A stretch of DNA of 64,000 bases from an uncultured delta proteobacterium (GCA_963751515.1 CAVVUR010000016.1:12086-76085), one strand, 5' to 3'; positions 1 through 9,842 are shown, counted from the first letter of the stretch. Made by a program: numbers and translations. The notes: generated by a model from the letters alone, not told the origin.

Positions 1-955
1 CAAAGCCCGGGACGAAAAGCTCCTCGATCACCCTCTTGCACGAGGCCTTCACATCTTTGGTAATGCCGCACTCTTCAATATAGCGCTTGATCACCTGCAC
101 CGAGTGGCAGGCGGCCATGGCCGCAACCAGGAAGGGAAAGACCATCACCAGCGGATCCAGGCTGTAGCCCAGCAGCACCAGAAATCCTATGCCCCAGATG
201 CCGCTGATTATGGCCATAAACACCGGCAGCACCATGCCCCGGATCGAGCGGAAGTAGAAGAGAAACAGGGCCAGCATGACCACCAGGGTTATGGCCATGA
301 TGGTCATGATGGTGCCCACATAGCTGTCAATGTACCCCAGGTGCAGCGGCTCACCGGCCATGCTCAGGATATGATTATCATCCTCGTATTTCTTCTGTAT
401 CCTGATCAGCTCCTTGAAGACCACCGAGTAGTCAATCTCGTCATCAAAGAAATCGGCGGTGATCAGGGTCTTTTTGTTGTCAAACCAGACCAGCCCGCCG
501 TAGAAAACGCTGGCATAGACCTGCTCCCGCAGTGCTTGCGCCTCCTCCTGCGTCTTGGGCACGTTGGGAAACATCAGGGGAACAAATTCGTAGCCGCCGG
601 ACTTGAGCTGCATGTCCACCACCGTATTCACCGCCAGCGAAGTAATCTTAAACCGGTCCACCCCAGGGATGTAGTACAGCTCATCGGTTATCTCCCTGAT
701 CTTTTTCAGGGTGGCGGGATTGAAGATGTCCCCCTTGCGCACCTGGAAGATCATGGTCACGGTGTTGGCACCGCCGAACTTGGCCCGGATCTGGTTGTAG
801 GTTTTTATATACTTGTGCCCCTGCGGCAGCAGGTCGGAAAATTTGGTATACACCTTCAAATTGATCATATTGAGCGCAAAGAAAAGCGTTATCAACCCCA
901 TAATGATGAGCACCAGTCCCCTTTTCTCAATTATAAAATCAGCAAACTTTTTCAT
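1..955 (-). CDS. RND/MMPL-family transporter permease, N-terminal part (gene continues past the left edge)
   Basis: This gene is absent from the ORF track because it has no stop inside the window. The reverse complement of 955..1 reads MKKFADFIIEKRGLVLIIMGLITLFFALNMINLKVYTKFSDLLPQGHKYIKTYNQIRAKFGG... This shows TM1 followed by a large soluble loop and then a TM bundle, as in MMPL/HpnN-like RND proteins. The 104..973 '+' ORF is its antisense shadow. Confidence 0.7.
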   Translation of the reverse strand, partial: MKKFADFIIEKRGLVLIIMGLITLFFALNMINLKVYTKFSDLLPQGHKYIKTYNQIRAKFGGANTVTMIFQVRKGDIFNPATLKKIREITDELYYIPGVDRFKITSLAVNTVVDMQLKSGGYEFVPLMFPNVPKTQEEAQALREQVYASVFYGGLVWFDNKKTLITADFFDDEIDYSVVFKELIRIQKKYEDDNHILSMAGEPLHLGYIDSYVGTIMTIMAITLVVMLALFLFYFRSIRGMVLPVFMAIISGIWGIGFLVLLGYSLDPLVMVFPFLVAAMAACHSVQVIKRYIEECGITKDVKASCKRVIEELFVPGF

Positions 956-1020
956 GAGCTTCCCCTTGTGTAAAAAATATACCGGGTAACGATACCCAAA
1001 AAGGTTACCGCATTAATTAA

Positions 1021-2145
1021 TTACTCTCCCACCAGTTCCTTGGGCGGTTTAAATTCCGGCCAGTCATATGAGACACCCGAGAGCCATTCAAAGGTCTTGC
1101 CCCCGTCAATGGTTTTAAATACCGCCCCTGACTTCCCAACCACCCAGCCCACAGTTTCATTCACGAAAGCAACCGAGGTAAGCCAGCCCTTGGTGTGAAT
1201 GGCATCATCATTGTTGGTCCAGGTGTTTCCGCCGTCGCTGGACATGATGTAGGCACCGCGGTTACCCACCGCCCAGCACTTGTCTCCTACCATGGCGATG
1301 GAAAAGAGCGAGTTGGTGGAGGCGCTGTCAATTTTTTTCCACTCCTTGCCGCCATCGTCTGTTTTAAGCAGGGTGCCGTCAACACCTAAAATGAAGCCCC
1401 GCTGCCTGTCGGCAAAACGGATATCAAAGAGGGTCAGCTTCGGCAGCTCCCATTCATTCTCAGCCGTCTTCGGCGCCAAAGCCTCACAGGGACGGATTTC
1501 CCAGTTCTTGCCGCCATCCATGGTGTGATAGATGGAACCGAACTCCCCGACCAGCCACCCTTCATTGGCATCATGAAAGAATACCCCGTTGTAAATCACC
1601 TCCGCCGCAAAGACATTCTCATCGGTGCTCTGCTGTATGGTTTGGGGCTCCCAGGTCTTTCCCCCGTCAGCGGTATGGATGAGGGTCATCACATCGCCCG
1701 CCGCCCAGCCGTTGTTGCTGTCAGGAAAGTGGACGGTAAACAGATGCCTTTTGGTGCCGCTTTGCTGACGTTCCCAGGTCTTTCCCCCGTCCGAAGTATG
1801 TATCACGTTGCCCAGAATGCCCACTGCCCAGCCGTTCTGCCGGTCGGGGAAGCTGATATCGCAGATAAGCTCTCCCGACAGGCCGGTATTCTGAACCGTC
1901 CAGAAGTCCTTTTTGCTGTTTTCATACCTGATCTGGCTGCCCTGGCCGGTAGTGCCCAGATAGCTGTAGTCACCGGCTATGAGGATGTTGTCTTCATCAA
2001 ACGCGACCACCTTGGTAAGATTTTCCCCGACAATGGAAGGTATGTGAGGAACCTTAAAGGTTGACTTCTTCTGCTTGCAGCCCAGGGGTGAAGCAATCAA
2101 AGCCGCACTGATTACCATAATACATAGTTTATACGTGTTCACCAT
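1021..2145 (-). CDS. Ycf48/BNR-like beta-propeller lipoprotein
   Basis: The ORF 1021..2199 was trimmed to the ATG at 2145, which has a GGAGGA RBS 6 nt upstream. A lipoprotein signal (...ALIASPLGC) is present. Repeated 'S/T-DGGKTW' BNR/Ycf48 motifs occur (TSDGGKTWE, TADGGKTWE, TMDGGKNWE, TDDGGKEWK, SSDGGNTW, TIDGGKTF). It lies directly upstream of the RND gene. Confidence 0.7.
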   Translation of the reverse strand: MVNTYKLCIMVISAALIASPLGCKQKKSTFKVPHIPSIVGENLTKVVAFDEDNILIAGDYSYLGTTGQGSQIRYENSKKDFWTVQNTGLSGELICDISFPDRQNGWAVGILGNVIHTSDGGKTWERQQSGTKRHLFTVHFPDSNNGWAAGDVMTLIHTADGGKTWEPQTIQQSTDENVFAAEVIYNGVFFHDANEGWLVGEFGSIYHTMDGGKNWEIRPCEALAPKTAENEWELPKLTLFDIRFADRQRGFILGVDGTLLKTDDGGKEWKKIDSASTNSLFSIAMVGDKCWAVGNRGAYIMSSDGGNTWTNNDDAIHTKGWLTSVAFVNETVGWVVGKSGAVFKTIDGGKTFEWLSGVSYDWPEFKPPKELVGE

Positions 2146-2462
2146 GCCCGATCCTCCACATACATAACGCGTGAGTTTGGAATGCTTCCTTGCATGCATT
2201 TATAAATGAAGCAGAATTATCACTACCCATAATTGCTGTCAATGATAATTTGCCTGCGCGAATCATTTTTAACAAAAAAAATGCCACCGCTGCATCAACC
2301 ATCACTTGCAGAAGCCTCCTGCAACTGATGACCATGGACGATGGATTGAAATAAGCATTATTCATGCTATGGCTTCTGTATGAAAGACGCTTCAGATTTC
2401 AGGTATCTTATTGCCTTTCACCCGTGACATGTGAGTATCCTGCATCGTGTATGTGTAACTCG

Positions 2463-4175
2463 CTACTTCCTCTCCACCGGAGGCATTTTGTAATGGGCGC
2501 GCAGCCCGTTGATGCCGTCAATCATCTCCTGCGGCATGGCCTTCATTTCTTCCTCGCTGAACACCTGCCTGCCGGGCGCGCAAATGCTGCCGGGATCAAA
2601 AATCCTTCTCAGCTTTCTGAAGAGCAGGTGCACATTGGGCCCGTGTTCCGGAAAAAAAGTGGTAAGCGGTTCAATGGCCACGCCTATTCCAATGGCAGGG
2701 TATTTCTGCGAGACGAAATCAGCCACCGCGGCAACGGTGAGACCCCGCGCCCGGTTGAGCTTCTCCGGGTCAAGCGGATCAGGATACACATCCGCCTCCG
2801 ACAGCCAGTGCCTGCTTCCCCGTTCGATGGCGTAAAGAAACGGCGTGTCATCGATGCCGCCGCGGTCGGTGATGAAGGTTTCGCCCATGGCATTAATGGT
2901 GCGCCCCCAGATTTCCCTTGTTTTATAGGCGGTGTCCTTGAGCAATCCACCGGGAACGATGGATCCCCCGTAAAAAAAGCGGTTCATCCTGAAGCCGGTC
3001 ACGTGCCTGATGCAGTCCAGGTTCCAGGGCGCAAGTGCGTACAGCACATCCCCCTTGTATTCCGGGGTGAGGAAGGTGGCCTTGTGCTCCGCCATGATCT
3101 CGCGAAACACCTTCTCCTCGTACTCCATCTGCGCCTCAGAGGTAACGCCGTAGAGGATCACATAGAGGTTGAACGGGGGAAAGAATTTGCTGGTAACCCT
3201 ATCCATGGTCATGGCCTGGGTCTGGGAGCAGTAGTATGCGTTGTACACCCCGGTGGCATTGAGCCCCATACCGATGCCCGACTGGGCAACCGCGTGGAGC
3301 GCCCTGACCTCGGAATCGTAATCGGGAAATTCAACCCAGAGGAGCTTTACCCGGTCAGGAGGGGGCGCGGTGTCGTAGCGGGGCTCGTGATAGTCGGGAA
3401 TGGAGGGGCGGCCGGCGGGCGGTTCAGGCAGCTCGACACCCCCCGTCCAGGAATGAAGCTTGACTTTTATTTCGGTGATGATGCCGGTCGTGCCCGCTCC
3501 GCCTCTCACCAGGCTCAGCAGGTCCGGGCCGGGCCCGTATTCCCAGAGACAGTTGGCGCCTGAAACGGTGTCCGACCCGGTTATCAGGATATCGCCTGTA
3601 GGAAGCACCACCTTAATGCTCACGATGTTCCTGGTGAGCGTTCCGTACTTGAGATCGGTCTGCCAGATGCCGGCGAATGCCGACTGGGAGGATAATTTGC
3701 AGAGGGTGGTGGCGAGGGGTGTTCCTCCGTTCCAGAGACCCCGCTTCATCGCTTCCGCCTGCAGCTGTCCGTAGTCCCCATAAGCCTCCAGGGTGGCGGT
3801 GAGATTTTCCTCGTCTATATGCACGCGGTTCATCCTGCTCACGTGAACACAAATAGTGGGAAGCGGTGTGGTCGGCCCGTTGAAGGCGATCATCCCGTTG
3901 GTAAAGGGAATGACCTGAACCCCGAAGCGGTTGGCGATGCGCATGATCGCCTGCACCTCTTCGGTCGATCCCGGCAGGACAATGCATGCGGGGATCATCG
4001 TGGCGTCCCGCTGGTGCTTTCTCAAAACCCCGCCGGTATCCACCGAAAAGCGGCTGTAGGTTTCAATAACCGCCCGGTCTTCCGAAATCCACTCCGGGCC
4101 CACCACATCCTGCAGCGCCTGGAAGACATCCCGTGAAACCTTGTTGGGAATTACCTTTGCTTTGGGCTCTGACAT
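2463..4175 (-). CDS. FAD-binding oxidoreductase, VAO/PCMH (FAD_binding_4) family, long form (570 aa)
   Basis: The N-terminal FAD-binding region reads ...PACIVLPGSTEEVQAIMRIANRFGVQVIPFTNG...VHVSRMNRV. The GlcD-like C-terminal motif FDPGSICAPGRQV is present. It is a paralogue of 5962..7683. Confidence 0.8.
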   Translation of the reverse strand: MSEPKAKVIPNKVSRDVFQALQDVVGPEWISEDRAVIETYSRFSVDTGGVLRKHQRDATMIPACIVLPGSTEEVQAIMRIANRFGVQVIPFTNGMIAFNGPTTPLPTICVHVSRMNRVHIDEENLTATLEAYGDYGQLQAEAMKRGLWNGGTPLATTLCKLSSQSAFAGIWQTDLKYGTLTRNIVSIKVVLPTGDILITGSDTVSGANCLWEYGPGPDLLSLVRGGAGTTGIITEIKVKLHSWTGGVELPEPPAGRPSIPDYHEPRYDTAPPPDRVKLLWVEFPDYDSEVRALHAVAQSGIGMGLNATGVYNAYYCSQTQAMTMDRVTSKFFPPFNLYVILYGVTSEAQMEYEEKVFREIMAEHKATFLTPEYKGDVLYALAPWNLDCIRHVTGFRMNRFFYGGSIVPGGLLKDTAYKTREIWGRTINAMGETFITDRGGIDDTPFLYAIERGSRHWLSEADVYPDPLDPEKLNRARGLTVAAVADFVSQKYPAIGIGVAIEPLTTFFPEHGPNVHLLFRKLRRIFDPGSICAPGRQVFSEEEMKAMPQEMIDGINGLRAHYKMPPVERK

Positions 4176-4205
4176 ATATCATCCTCTCCTGAAAGCCTTC
4201 AGAAT

Positions 4206-5678
4206 TTAAAAGCACAATTTTCCGGGGTTGAGAATGGCATTCGGATCAAGCTCCTGTTTGATCTGCCGAAGCTTGGTGGTATACTCACCCGCCCGCCCAT
4301 AGATCATTTCCGCCCACGGCCCGTAAGGACGGTCAAAATATGCCCCGTGGTTGATGAGTGTCTGCGCGGCCCCGGTCCAGAGGTTCTTGACCCTGCGGGT
4401 CTCCAGATCGTCGTTCAGGTCACAGTGAAGATCAAACTCGCAGTGCACCGCCCTGCCCCGTTCCAGCGGGAGCAGGTACCCGCCGAAAGAAGATACGCTG
4501 TAACCGGCCGCTTCGCACTCGTTCCGCACAATCTCCTCCATCTCCGCCAGCGACTGCAGCGAGCATTTAAAGCTCAGGCTGTGCACCGATCCCCGGTAAT
4601 TGAATTTCTTGAGAATGCCCCAGGGATAAAGGATCTCGTTGAGCATCAACCGGCTCAACCCGCTCACCTGGGGGAGGGTTTCTTTAACTTCGACATTAAG
4701 AGCGTGACAAACCTCTTGTAATGCCTCTGTTTCATAGGCAATCTTTTCCTCGGGATGCCTGGGCCCACCGATAATACAAAGTGCCAGCATCCAGGCCGGG
4801 AGAATGCTCCGGTATCGTTCAAAGCTCTCGGAAGGCCTGGGTGCAGCGGGAAATGCATCCGGCACCGTCCACTCGTGGCTCAAGAGGGAAGCCAGGTTAA
4901 ACCGGTTGAGGAGAAAGCACTCCAGGCCGATTTCCCTCCGCTGTATCCTTTTCAAAGGCTCACGCGCATCAGCCAGCGCGTTGAAGCTTAAGAAATACAT
5001 CTTCCGTTCCCTGATGAAAGGCTCAATCTTGACGTTCATCTTGGTCATGATGCCGAGTGTGCCCTGCGCGCCGGTCCAGAGGCGGAAGATGACGTTTCTC
5101 ACCGGACCCAGCGGTCCTCCCGGAGCGCCCCCCGCGCACCATGTGCCGGTTTTAAACAGCTCGCCATCGGGAAGCACGATCTCGGTGTCCATGATAAGAA
5201 AATTGCCCGATTCAAAGCTGGGCGCCGCCATGACCGGATCCCGTTCCAGGAAACTGGTGAGGACGGAACGGGCGGGTGGCACGCCGAAAGGAATCAGCAC
5301 CCGGAACCCCTTCTCCAGCAAGGCGGCCTGGAGCTGGGCATAGGTAACCCCCGGCTCAACCACCGCGGACCAGTTCTCTTCATCGATCTGAATGATCCTG
5401 TTCATGCGCGAAAGGTTCACCATGATCCCGCCGTGGTCCGGGAGGGCTGCGCCATGAAAATTCAAGCCCGAGCTGTAGGGAATGAGCGGGGTCCGGGTTT
5501 CATTGGCCAGCCTCACCACCCGCTGCACTTCCTCGGCCGTCCCGGGGAACACCACAAAATCAGGCATGCGCTTCGGCGCAAATGACTGATCATGGGAATA
5601 TGCCTCAAGCGTTGCGGCATCGTCTAAAACCCGCTTCTCGCCAAAAATATCCACCAGCTGTTGCCGTGTCAGCGCCAT
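4206..5678 (-). CDS. FAD-binding oxidoreductase, GlcD/VAO family (490 aa)
   Basis: Family landmarks are ...FVVFPGTAEEVQRVVRLANETRTPLIPYSSGLNFHG...VNLSRMNRIIQIDEEN...GAQGTLGIMTK... and the C-terminal LDPNAILNPGKL. Confidence 0.8.
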   Translation of the reverse strand: MALTRQQLVDIFGEKRVLDDAATLEAYSHDQSFAPKRMPDFVVFPGTAEEVQRVVRLANETRTPLIPYSSGLNFHGAALPDHGGIMVNLSRMNRIIQIDEENWSAVVEPGVTYAQLQAALLEKGFRVLIPFGVPPARSVLTSFLERDPVMAAPSFESGNFLIMDTEIVLPDGELFKTGTWCAGGAPGGPLGPVRNVIFRLWTGAQGTLGIMTKMNVKIEPFIRERKMYFLSFNALADAREPLKRIQRREIGLECFLLNRFNLASLLSHEWTVPDAFPAAPRPSESFERYRSILPAWMLALCIIGGPRHPEEKIAYETEALQEVCHALNVEVKETLPQVSGLSRLMLNEILYPWGILKKFNYRGSVHSLSFKCSLQSLAEMEEIVRNECEAAGYSVSSFGGYLLPLERGRAVHCEFDLHCDLNDDLETRRVKNLWTGAAQTLINHGAYFDRPYGPWAEMIYGRAGEYTTKLRQIKQELDPNAILNPGKLCF

Positions 5679-5820
5679 ATACGGTTCTCCTTAATTTATT
5701 CCGATTGGGTATCTATAGTGAATCAGCGTTCATTAGTCAAGCACTAATAGCAGGCAGTGGTGAGCCTCAGGCATGCGCGTCCGGGCATCATTATTCAGTG
5801 CAGCCGGGACATCGGCCGGT

Positions 5821-5938
5821 CTTAAAATCCGAAATCCGAATATCGAAATCCGAAACCACATACTGATGTGTGATGTGAGATCTGGGATATGAGATTAAAA
5901 TTTTTTTTAGCCCATATCACAAATCGCATATCCCATCC
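5821..5938 (+). repeat. Intergenic repeat family 3, copy 1 (heptamer tandem + hairpin with A/T loop)
   Basis: The sequence cttaaaatccgaaatccgaa...tgatgtgtgatgtgagatctgggatatgagattaaaattttttttagcccatatcaca recurs in inverted orientation at 56345..56438. It starts with tandem AATCCGA-like heptamers. It lies between two FAD-oxidase genes. Confidence 0.65.
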
Positions 5939-5961
5939 CGCATGGATTTAGTGCTTCGAAT

Positions 5962-7683
5962 TTATACTGTAATAGTATCCATGTTAAAAAGATTACGCAA
6001 CTGGTTCAGCTTTTGCACCGCCTCTGTGGGATACTTCTTGAGCTCTTGCTCGGTCAGCACCTGCCTGCCGGGGCTGCATATGCCCTGCGGGTCAAAGACC
6101 TTTCTTAATTTTCTCAGCAGGAGATGGACATTGGGGCCCTGCTCGGGGAAAAAGGTGACCAATGGTTCAGCCGGGCCACCGAAGCCGAAGGGCGCGCAGT
6201 GCCGCTCGGCGCCATTTTTAACCGCGCTGTACATGGTTATGGCAACACATTGTTCCAGCGAATGAGGGTCCAGCGGATCCGGGTAGATATCCGTCTCCGA
6301 GAGCGTGTAGCGCCCCGCCGGCTCTATGCCGTACACAAAGGGGGTTGTTTCCGCCCCGCCCCGGTCGGTGACGTGTGTCTCACCGAAGCGCTCGAGCGCT
6401 TCACGCCAGAGCCCGCTGTGGTAGAGGGCCACCTCGGGCGGACCCGCGGGAAGGCTCCCGCCCGCGTACATGCGCCGGTTCATGCGATAGCCGCAGACAT
6501 TCCTGATGCAGTCCAGATTCCAAGGCTGAAGCGCCTCGAGAACCTCCGGCTTGTAGTCGCGGGAGAGAAACCTGCCGCCCTGCTCTTCCGCTATCTCCCT
6601 GAGGACCTTTTCCTCATATTCCAGCTGGCCCTCTGATACGATGCCCGCGCAGATGACATAGAGGTTAAAGGCGGGGAAAAAATTGCCCGTCGCCCGCTCC
6701 TCGGTCATTTTCTGGGTGGGGGAACAGTAATAGGACGAATACACCCCCGAGGCATTGAGCCCGATGCCGATGCCCGCGTGGGCAATGGCCCGGTATGCCC
6801 TGATTTCAGATTCGCAGTCGGGAAACTCTATCCAGTGGATGCGGTGCTGAGGCGGGGCAGGGGCATGATCATAGCGCTCATCGGCATAGCAGGGAATGCA
6901 GGGCCTTCCCGCCAGCGGTTCCGGCATCAGCTCCCCGCCGACCCAGGTGTGCAGCTTGACGGTCACCTCGGTAATGATGCCGGTGGTCCCGGCGCTGGCG
7001 CGCACCACCCCGGTGAGGTCAGGGCCCGGCCCGCTCTCCCATACGCGGCCAACGCCCGCAACCGCGGGGGAACCGGTGCTCATGATTTCACCGGTGGGCA
7101 GCACCAGCTTTATGTCCACGATGTTTCTGTCCAGCAGGCCGTATTTCTTGCTGGTCTGCCAGATGCCCGCAAAGGCCACCTGGGAAGCGAGCTTGCACAG
7201 GGTGGTTGCCAGCGGCGTCCCGCCATTCCAGAGCCCCACCCTGGCGGCCTCGGCCATGAGCTGCCCGTAGTCGGCATAGGGCTCAAGTGTGGCCGTCATG
7301 AGCTGCTCATCGACGGACAGCACCCGGTTCATCCGGCTCAGGTGAATGCAGATCATGGGCGCGGGAAAGGTGGGGGCGCTCATCATTTGGCCGTTGGTGA
7401 AGGGTATGAAAGGAACCCGGTAGCGATGGGCGATCCTCACCACTGACCGCACTTCATCGGTGCTGCCCGGCAGCACCACGCAGGCGGGAATGCTGGAAGC
7501 ATTTTTTGCGTGCTTCTTTAAAAACCCTTCCGCGTCCAGCGAGAGCTTGCTGTAGGTTTCCAGCACCGCCCGGTCCCGGGAAATCCACTCCCTGCCAACG
7601 ACACGCTCCAGTGCCTGGTAGATGTCGTCCGGCAGCTGTGCCGGAATTATTTTTTTCTTTTCAGCGGGAGGATTCATGCTCAT
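5962..7683 (-). CDS. FAD-binding oxidoreductase, VAO/PCMH family, long form (573 aa)
   Basis: It is collinear with the 2463..4175 product over its full length (…PACVVLPGSTDEVRSVVRIAHRYRVPFIPFTNG…; C-terminal FDPQGICSPGRQV). Confidence 0.8.
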   Translation of the reverse strand: MSMNPPAEKKKIIPAQLPDDIYQALERVVGREWISRDRAVLETYSKLSLDAEGFLKKHAKNASSIPACVVLPGSTDEVRSVVRIAHRYRVPFIPFTNGQMMSAPTFPAPMICIHLSRMNRVLSVDEQLMTATLEPYADYGQLMAEAARVGLWNGGTPLATTLCKLASQVAFAGIWQTSKKYGLLDRNIVDIKLVLPTGEIMSTGSPAVAGVGRVWESGPGPDLTGVVRASAGTTGIITEVTVKLHTWVGGELMPEPLAGRPCIPCYADERYDHAPAPPQHRIHWIEFPDCESEIRAYRAIAHAGIGIGLNASGVYSSYYCSPTQKMTEERATGNFFPAFNLYVICAGIVSEGQLEYEEKVLREIAEEQGGRFLSRDYKPEVLEALQPWNLDCIRNVCGYRMNRRMYAGGSLPAGPPEVALYHSGLWREALERFGETHVTDRGGAETTPFVYGIEPAGRYTLSETDIYPDPLDPHSLEQCVAITMYSAVKNGAERHCAPFGFGGPAEPLVTFFPEQGPNVHLLLRKLRKVFDPQGICSPGRQVLTEQELKKYPTEAVQKLNQLRNLFNMDTITV

Positions 7684-7789
7684 TGCGCATCATTGTGGAA
7701 AGGGGCGGGAAAATGAAAGGCGGGGTGTGGCAGGCATTGTGCTGCACCCCGCTGACTGCTCTTCCCGAATTATCGCCGCAGTGGAGCGG

Positions 7790-9136
7790 CTAGCCGCGGG
7801 CCTGCATGGGGAAGCCCGCCCTGATGCACCCGTCAAAAACGGCGGCAAGCGGCACATTCCGCATCCCTACCAGCTTCTGATGAATAACGGGCCGCTGCTT
7901 GGCAACGGCCGGCATTATCTCCGCCAGGGCGCCGCCGACCAGTTTGGGGGTCTCATAAGGATCAAGGATGCTGGGCAGTGATTTTTTAACCAGGCTCAGC
8001 ACGAAGTCAATCTCGTCAGGGGTGAGCCGGAGGGGAAGCACGGCATTGCGCATCATGCTTCGGTAGTCGTATTTATCCAGCACCTCCTCTTTCCACCAGC
8101 GGAGGTAGGATGAAACCCCTTCGCGGGATATTTTTCCATCGGTCAGGGCAAAGCTGACGGCGTTGGCCGCCTTCCAGCCGCTGATAACCGCCCCGGTCAT
8201 CTCCGCCTCCTGGCACCACACCGCGTCGGAGACAAGCAGCACCTGGTCCTTGTAAGGATCGACAATGTGCGACTGCGCGTTGCCCGCGGAGGTCAGGGTG
8301 CGCTTTATCTCTGCCTTTTCGAACCAGGGCGCGAAAAATCCTTGTGTCGAGAATCGTTCAAAGGCGCCGGCGAGGTCCTGGCCGGGGCTGAGCGAGGTGG
8401 TCATGACGAAGTAGGTGTCCTCCGTCGTCCGCGGTGTCATCCACACGCGCTTGGAAGGTGTCTCGTCGAGAAATATCTGGAAGAGGGCAAATTTTTCCGG
8501 CGGCTTTACCCCCACCATTTCATACCCCAGGGTCACCGCAGTGCCGAAATACTTCCGATCCCGGTTGCAGCCCAGGGTGTGGGCTATTCTAGAGGCGCGG
8601 CCGTCGGCGGCGATGACGAAGGTGCCCCTGAAGGACCTTCCTTCGCGGGTGAAAACCGTCACCCTGCCTCCCTGCAACTCGGTCCGGATTACATTATACG
8701 GGTTATAGACATCAACCTTCAGGGCGCAGGCCTCCTCCAGGAGGCAGCGCAGCAGCGCCCCCTTATCGTACGTCGCGCTCACCCTGCCGCTCTCGCCCCT
8801 GCGCTCATTCTCTTCATAGTTGCCGAGCTGGATTTTGTTGCCCCGGTGGGAGTATATAGCCCAGGTGAAAAAGTCCTGGTGGGGGCCGTCATAGTTGACG
8901 GTAAAACCGTATCCCGGGAAGCAAAGCTTCTTGTCCCGGCTGTTTAAGCGTACCCGCTCCTCAAGATATTTCCCGGTCAGGGTCACCACCATCATGCTGC
9001 AGGCACGGTTGATATCAGTAATGTGCTCTTTTCGCTCGATCAGGGCCACGCTCAGCCCGTGTTCAGCTGCTGTTTTGGCTGCCATCAGGCCGGCAGGCCC
9101 TGCGCCGACTACGATCAGATCATATTCTCCGGGCAT
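7790..9136 (-). CDS. FAD-dependent oxidoreductase, geranylgeranyl-reductase/FixC-like superfamily
   Basis: A Rossmann motif YDLIVVGAGPAGLMAAKTAAEHGLSVALIERKE is present. The start was moved to the ATG at 9136, which has a GAGGAG RBS about 6 nt upstream. It is a paralogue of 12910..14208. Confidence 0.75.
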   Translation of the reverse strand: MPGEYDLIVVGAGPAGLMAAKTAAEHGLSVALIERKEHITDINRACSMMVVTLTGKYLEERVRLNSRDKKLCFPGYGFTVNYDGPHQDFFTWAIYSHRGNKIQLGNYEENERRGESGRVSATYDKGALLRCLLEEACALKVDVYNPYNVIRTELQGGRVTVFTREGRSFRGTFVIAADGRASRIAHTLGCNRDRKYFGTAVTLGYEMVGVKPPEKFALFQIFLDETPSKRVWMTPRTTEDTYFVMTTSLSPGQDLAGAFERFSTQGFFAPWFEKAEIKRTLTSAGNAQSHIVDPYKDQVLLVSDAVWCQEAEMTGAVISGWKAANAVSFALTDGKISREGVSSYLRWWKEEVLDKYDYRSMMRNAVLPLRLTPDEIDFVLSLVKKSLPSILDPYETPKLVGGALAEIMPAVAKQRPVIHQKLVGMRNVPLAAVFDGCIRAGFPMQARG

Positions 9137-9212
9137 CTTCACTCCTCTCATCATTCGTCATTACAATCAGTCTGCGCCGCTGCTCACACGCTCATGAGCG
9201 GCCACCGGCCCG

Positions 9213-9425
9213 TTACTCGTCAAGAATAGTGATCGCCTTTTCCGGGCAGGCGTCCTGGCAGGAAAGACAGCAGTGGCAGATCACGCCCGCCTCTTCGATT
9301 GCCTTGGCTTTTTTCTTTCCGTCCGGTGTTTCAATCAAAACCCACAGTTCCAGGCCGCACTGCTCAAGGCACTGCCCGCAGCCGCGGCACTTTTCCAGAT
9401 CGACCAGATGTTTCACCATATGCAT
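9213..9425 (-). CDS. 4Fe-4S dicluster ferredoxin (70 aa)
   Basis: Two cluster motifs are present: CRGCGQCLEQC and CHCCLSCQDACP. Confidence 0.75.
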   Translation of the reverse strand: MHMVKHLVDLEKCRGCGQCLEQCGLELWVLIETPDGKKKAKAIEEAGVICHCCLSCQDACPEKAITILDE

Positions 9426-9434
9426 GACACCTCA

Positions 9435-9842
9435 TCACAAAGTAGACTTAACCTCATCAACCATTTTTTTAAAGCGGGGATCTGATTCATACAGCCGGAC
9501 CATGGCATCGAAAAAGGGAAAGGTGGCCATGAGGTGGACGGGAACGTTGGGATCGGTCATATCGCCCTTCAGCAGCTCACCCTTGTCCTTGATTTCCATG
9601 AGATCGAAGGTGTTGTCGATGGCGCTGCAGAGATCAGCCGTTTTCAGCTTCAGCACCACGTGGCAGTCGTCCCGTATCCCCTGCTCCAGATAGAGCTTGC
9701 CGTCTTTTACCACCTGGGTGAACTCGTGCGCGTCAAGCTTCATGCCCACCTTGTGGTCACTGAAATCAGCCATCATCCCCTGCGCCGTTTCATCCGCATT
9801 GGTAAAATCGGCGCCTGCCGCAAGCATTTCCATAACCGACAT
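9435..9842 (-). CDS. Small soluble protein, SCP2 sterol/lipid-carrier-like (tentative)
   Basis: A GGGAGG RBS lies 8 nt upstream of the ATG at 9842. The C-terminal half (…LKTADLCSAIDNTFDLMEIKDKGELLKGDMTD…FPFF) resembles the SCP2 'G-K-L-x-I-x-G-D' region by eye only. Confidence 0.55.
   Translation of the reverse strand: MSVMEMLAAGADFTNADETAQGMMADFSDHKVGMKLDAHEFTQVVKDGKLYLEQGIRDDCHVVLKLKTADLCSAIDNTFDLMEIKDKGELLKGDMTDPNVPVHLMATFPFFDAMVRLYESDPRFKKMVDEVKSTL

Noticed and set aside
104-973. 289-aa '+' ORF rich in His/Gln/Gly
   Set aside because: It is the antisense shadow of the RND/MMPL gene, which reads cleanly on the minus strand from the ATG at 955. Its composition is low-complexity and it has no RBS.
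2364-3563. 399-aa '+' ORF, and similar long ORFs at 6778..7446, 8267..8947, 9697..10851 and 15756..16592
   Set aside because: All lie antisense to well-supported minus-strand genes (FAD oxidases, GGR-like, FDBR-like, NuoF-like). They have Arg/Gly/Pro/His-rich compositions, typical of high-GC antisense frames.
5826-5856. Tandem AATCCGA-like heptamers as a possible CRISPR or minisatellite
   Set aside because: There are only 3-4 units of 7 nt with no spacers. This is not a CRISPR architecture. I report it instead as part of repeat family 3.
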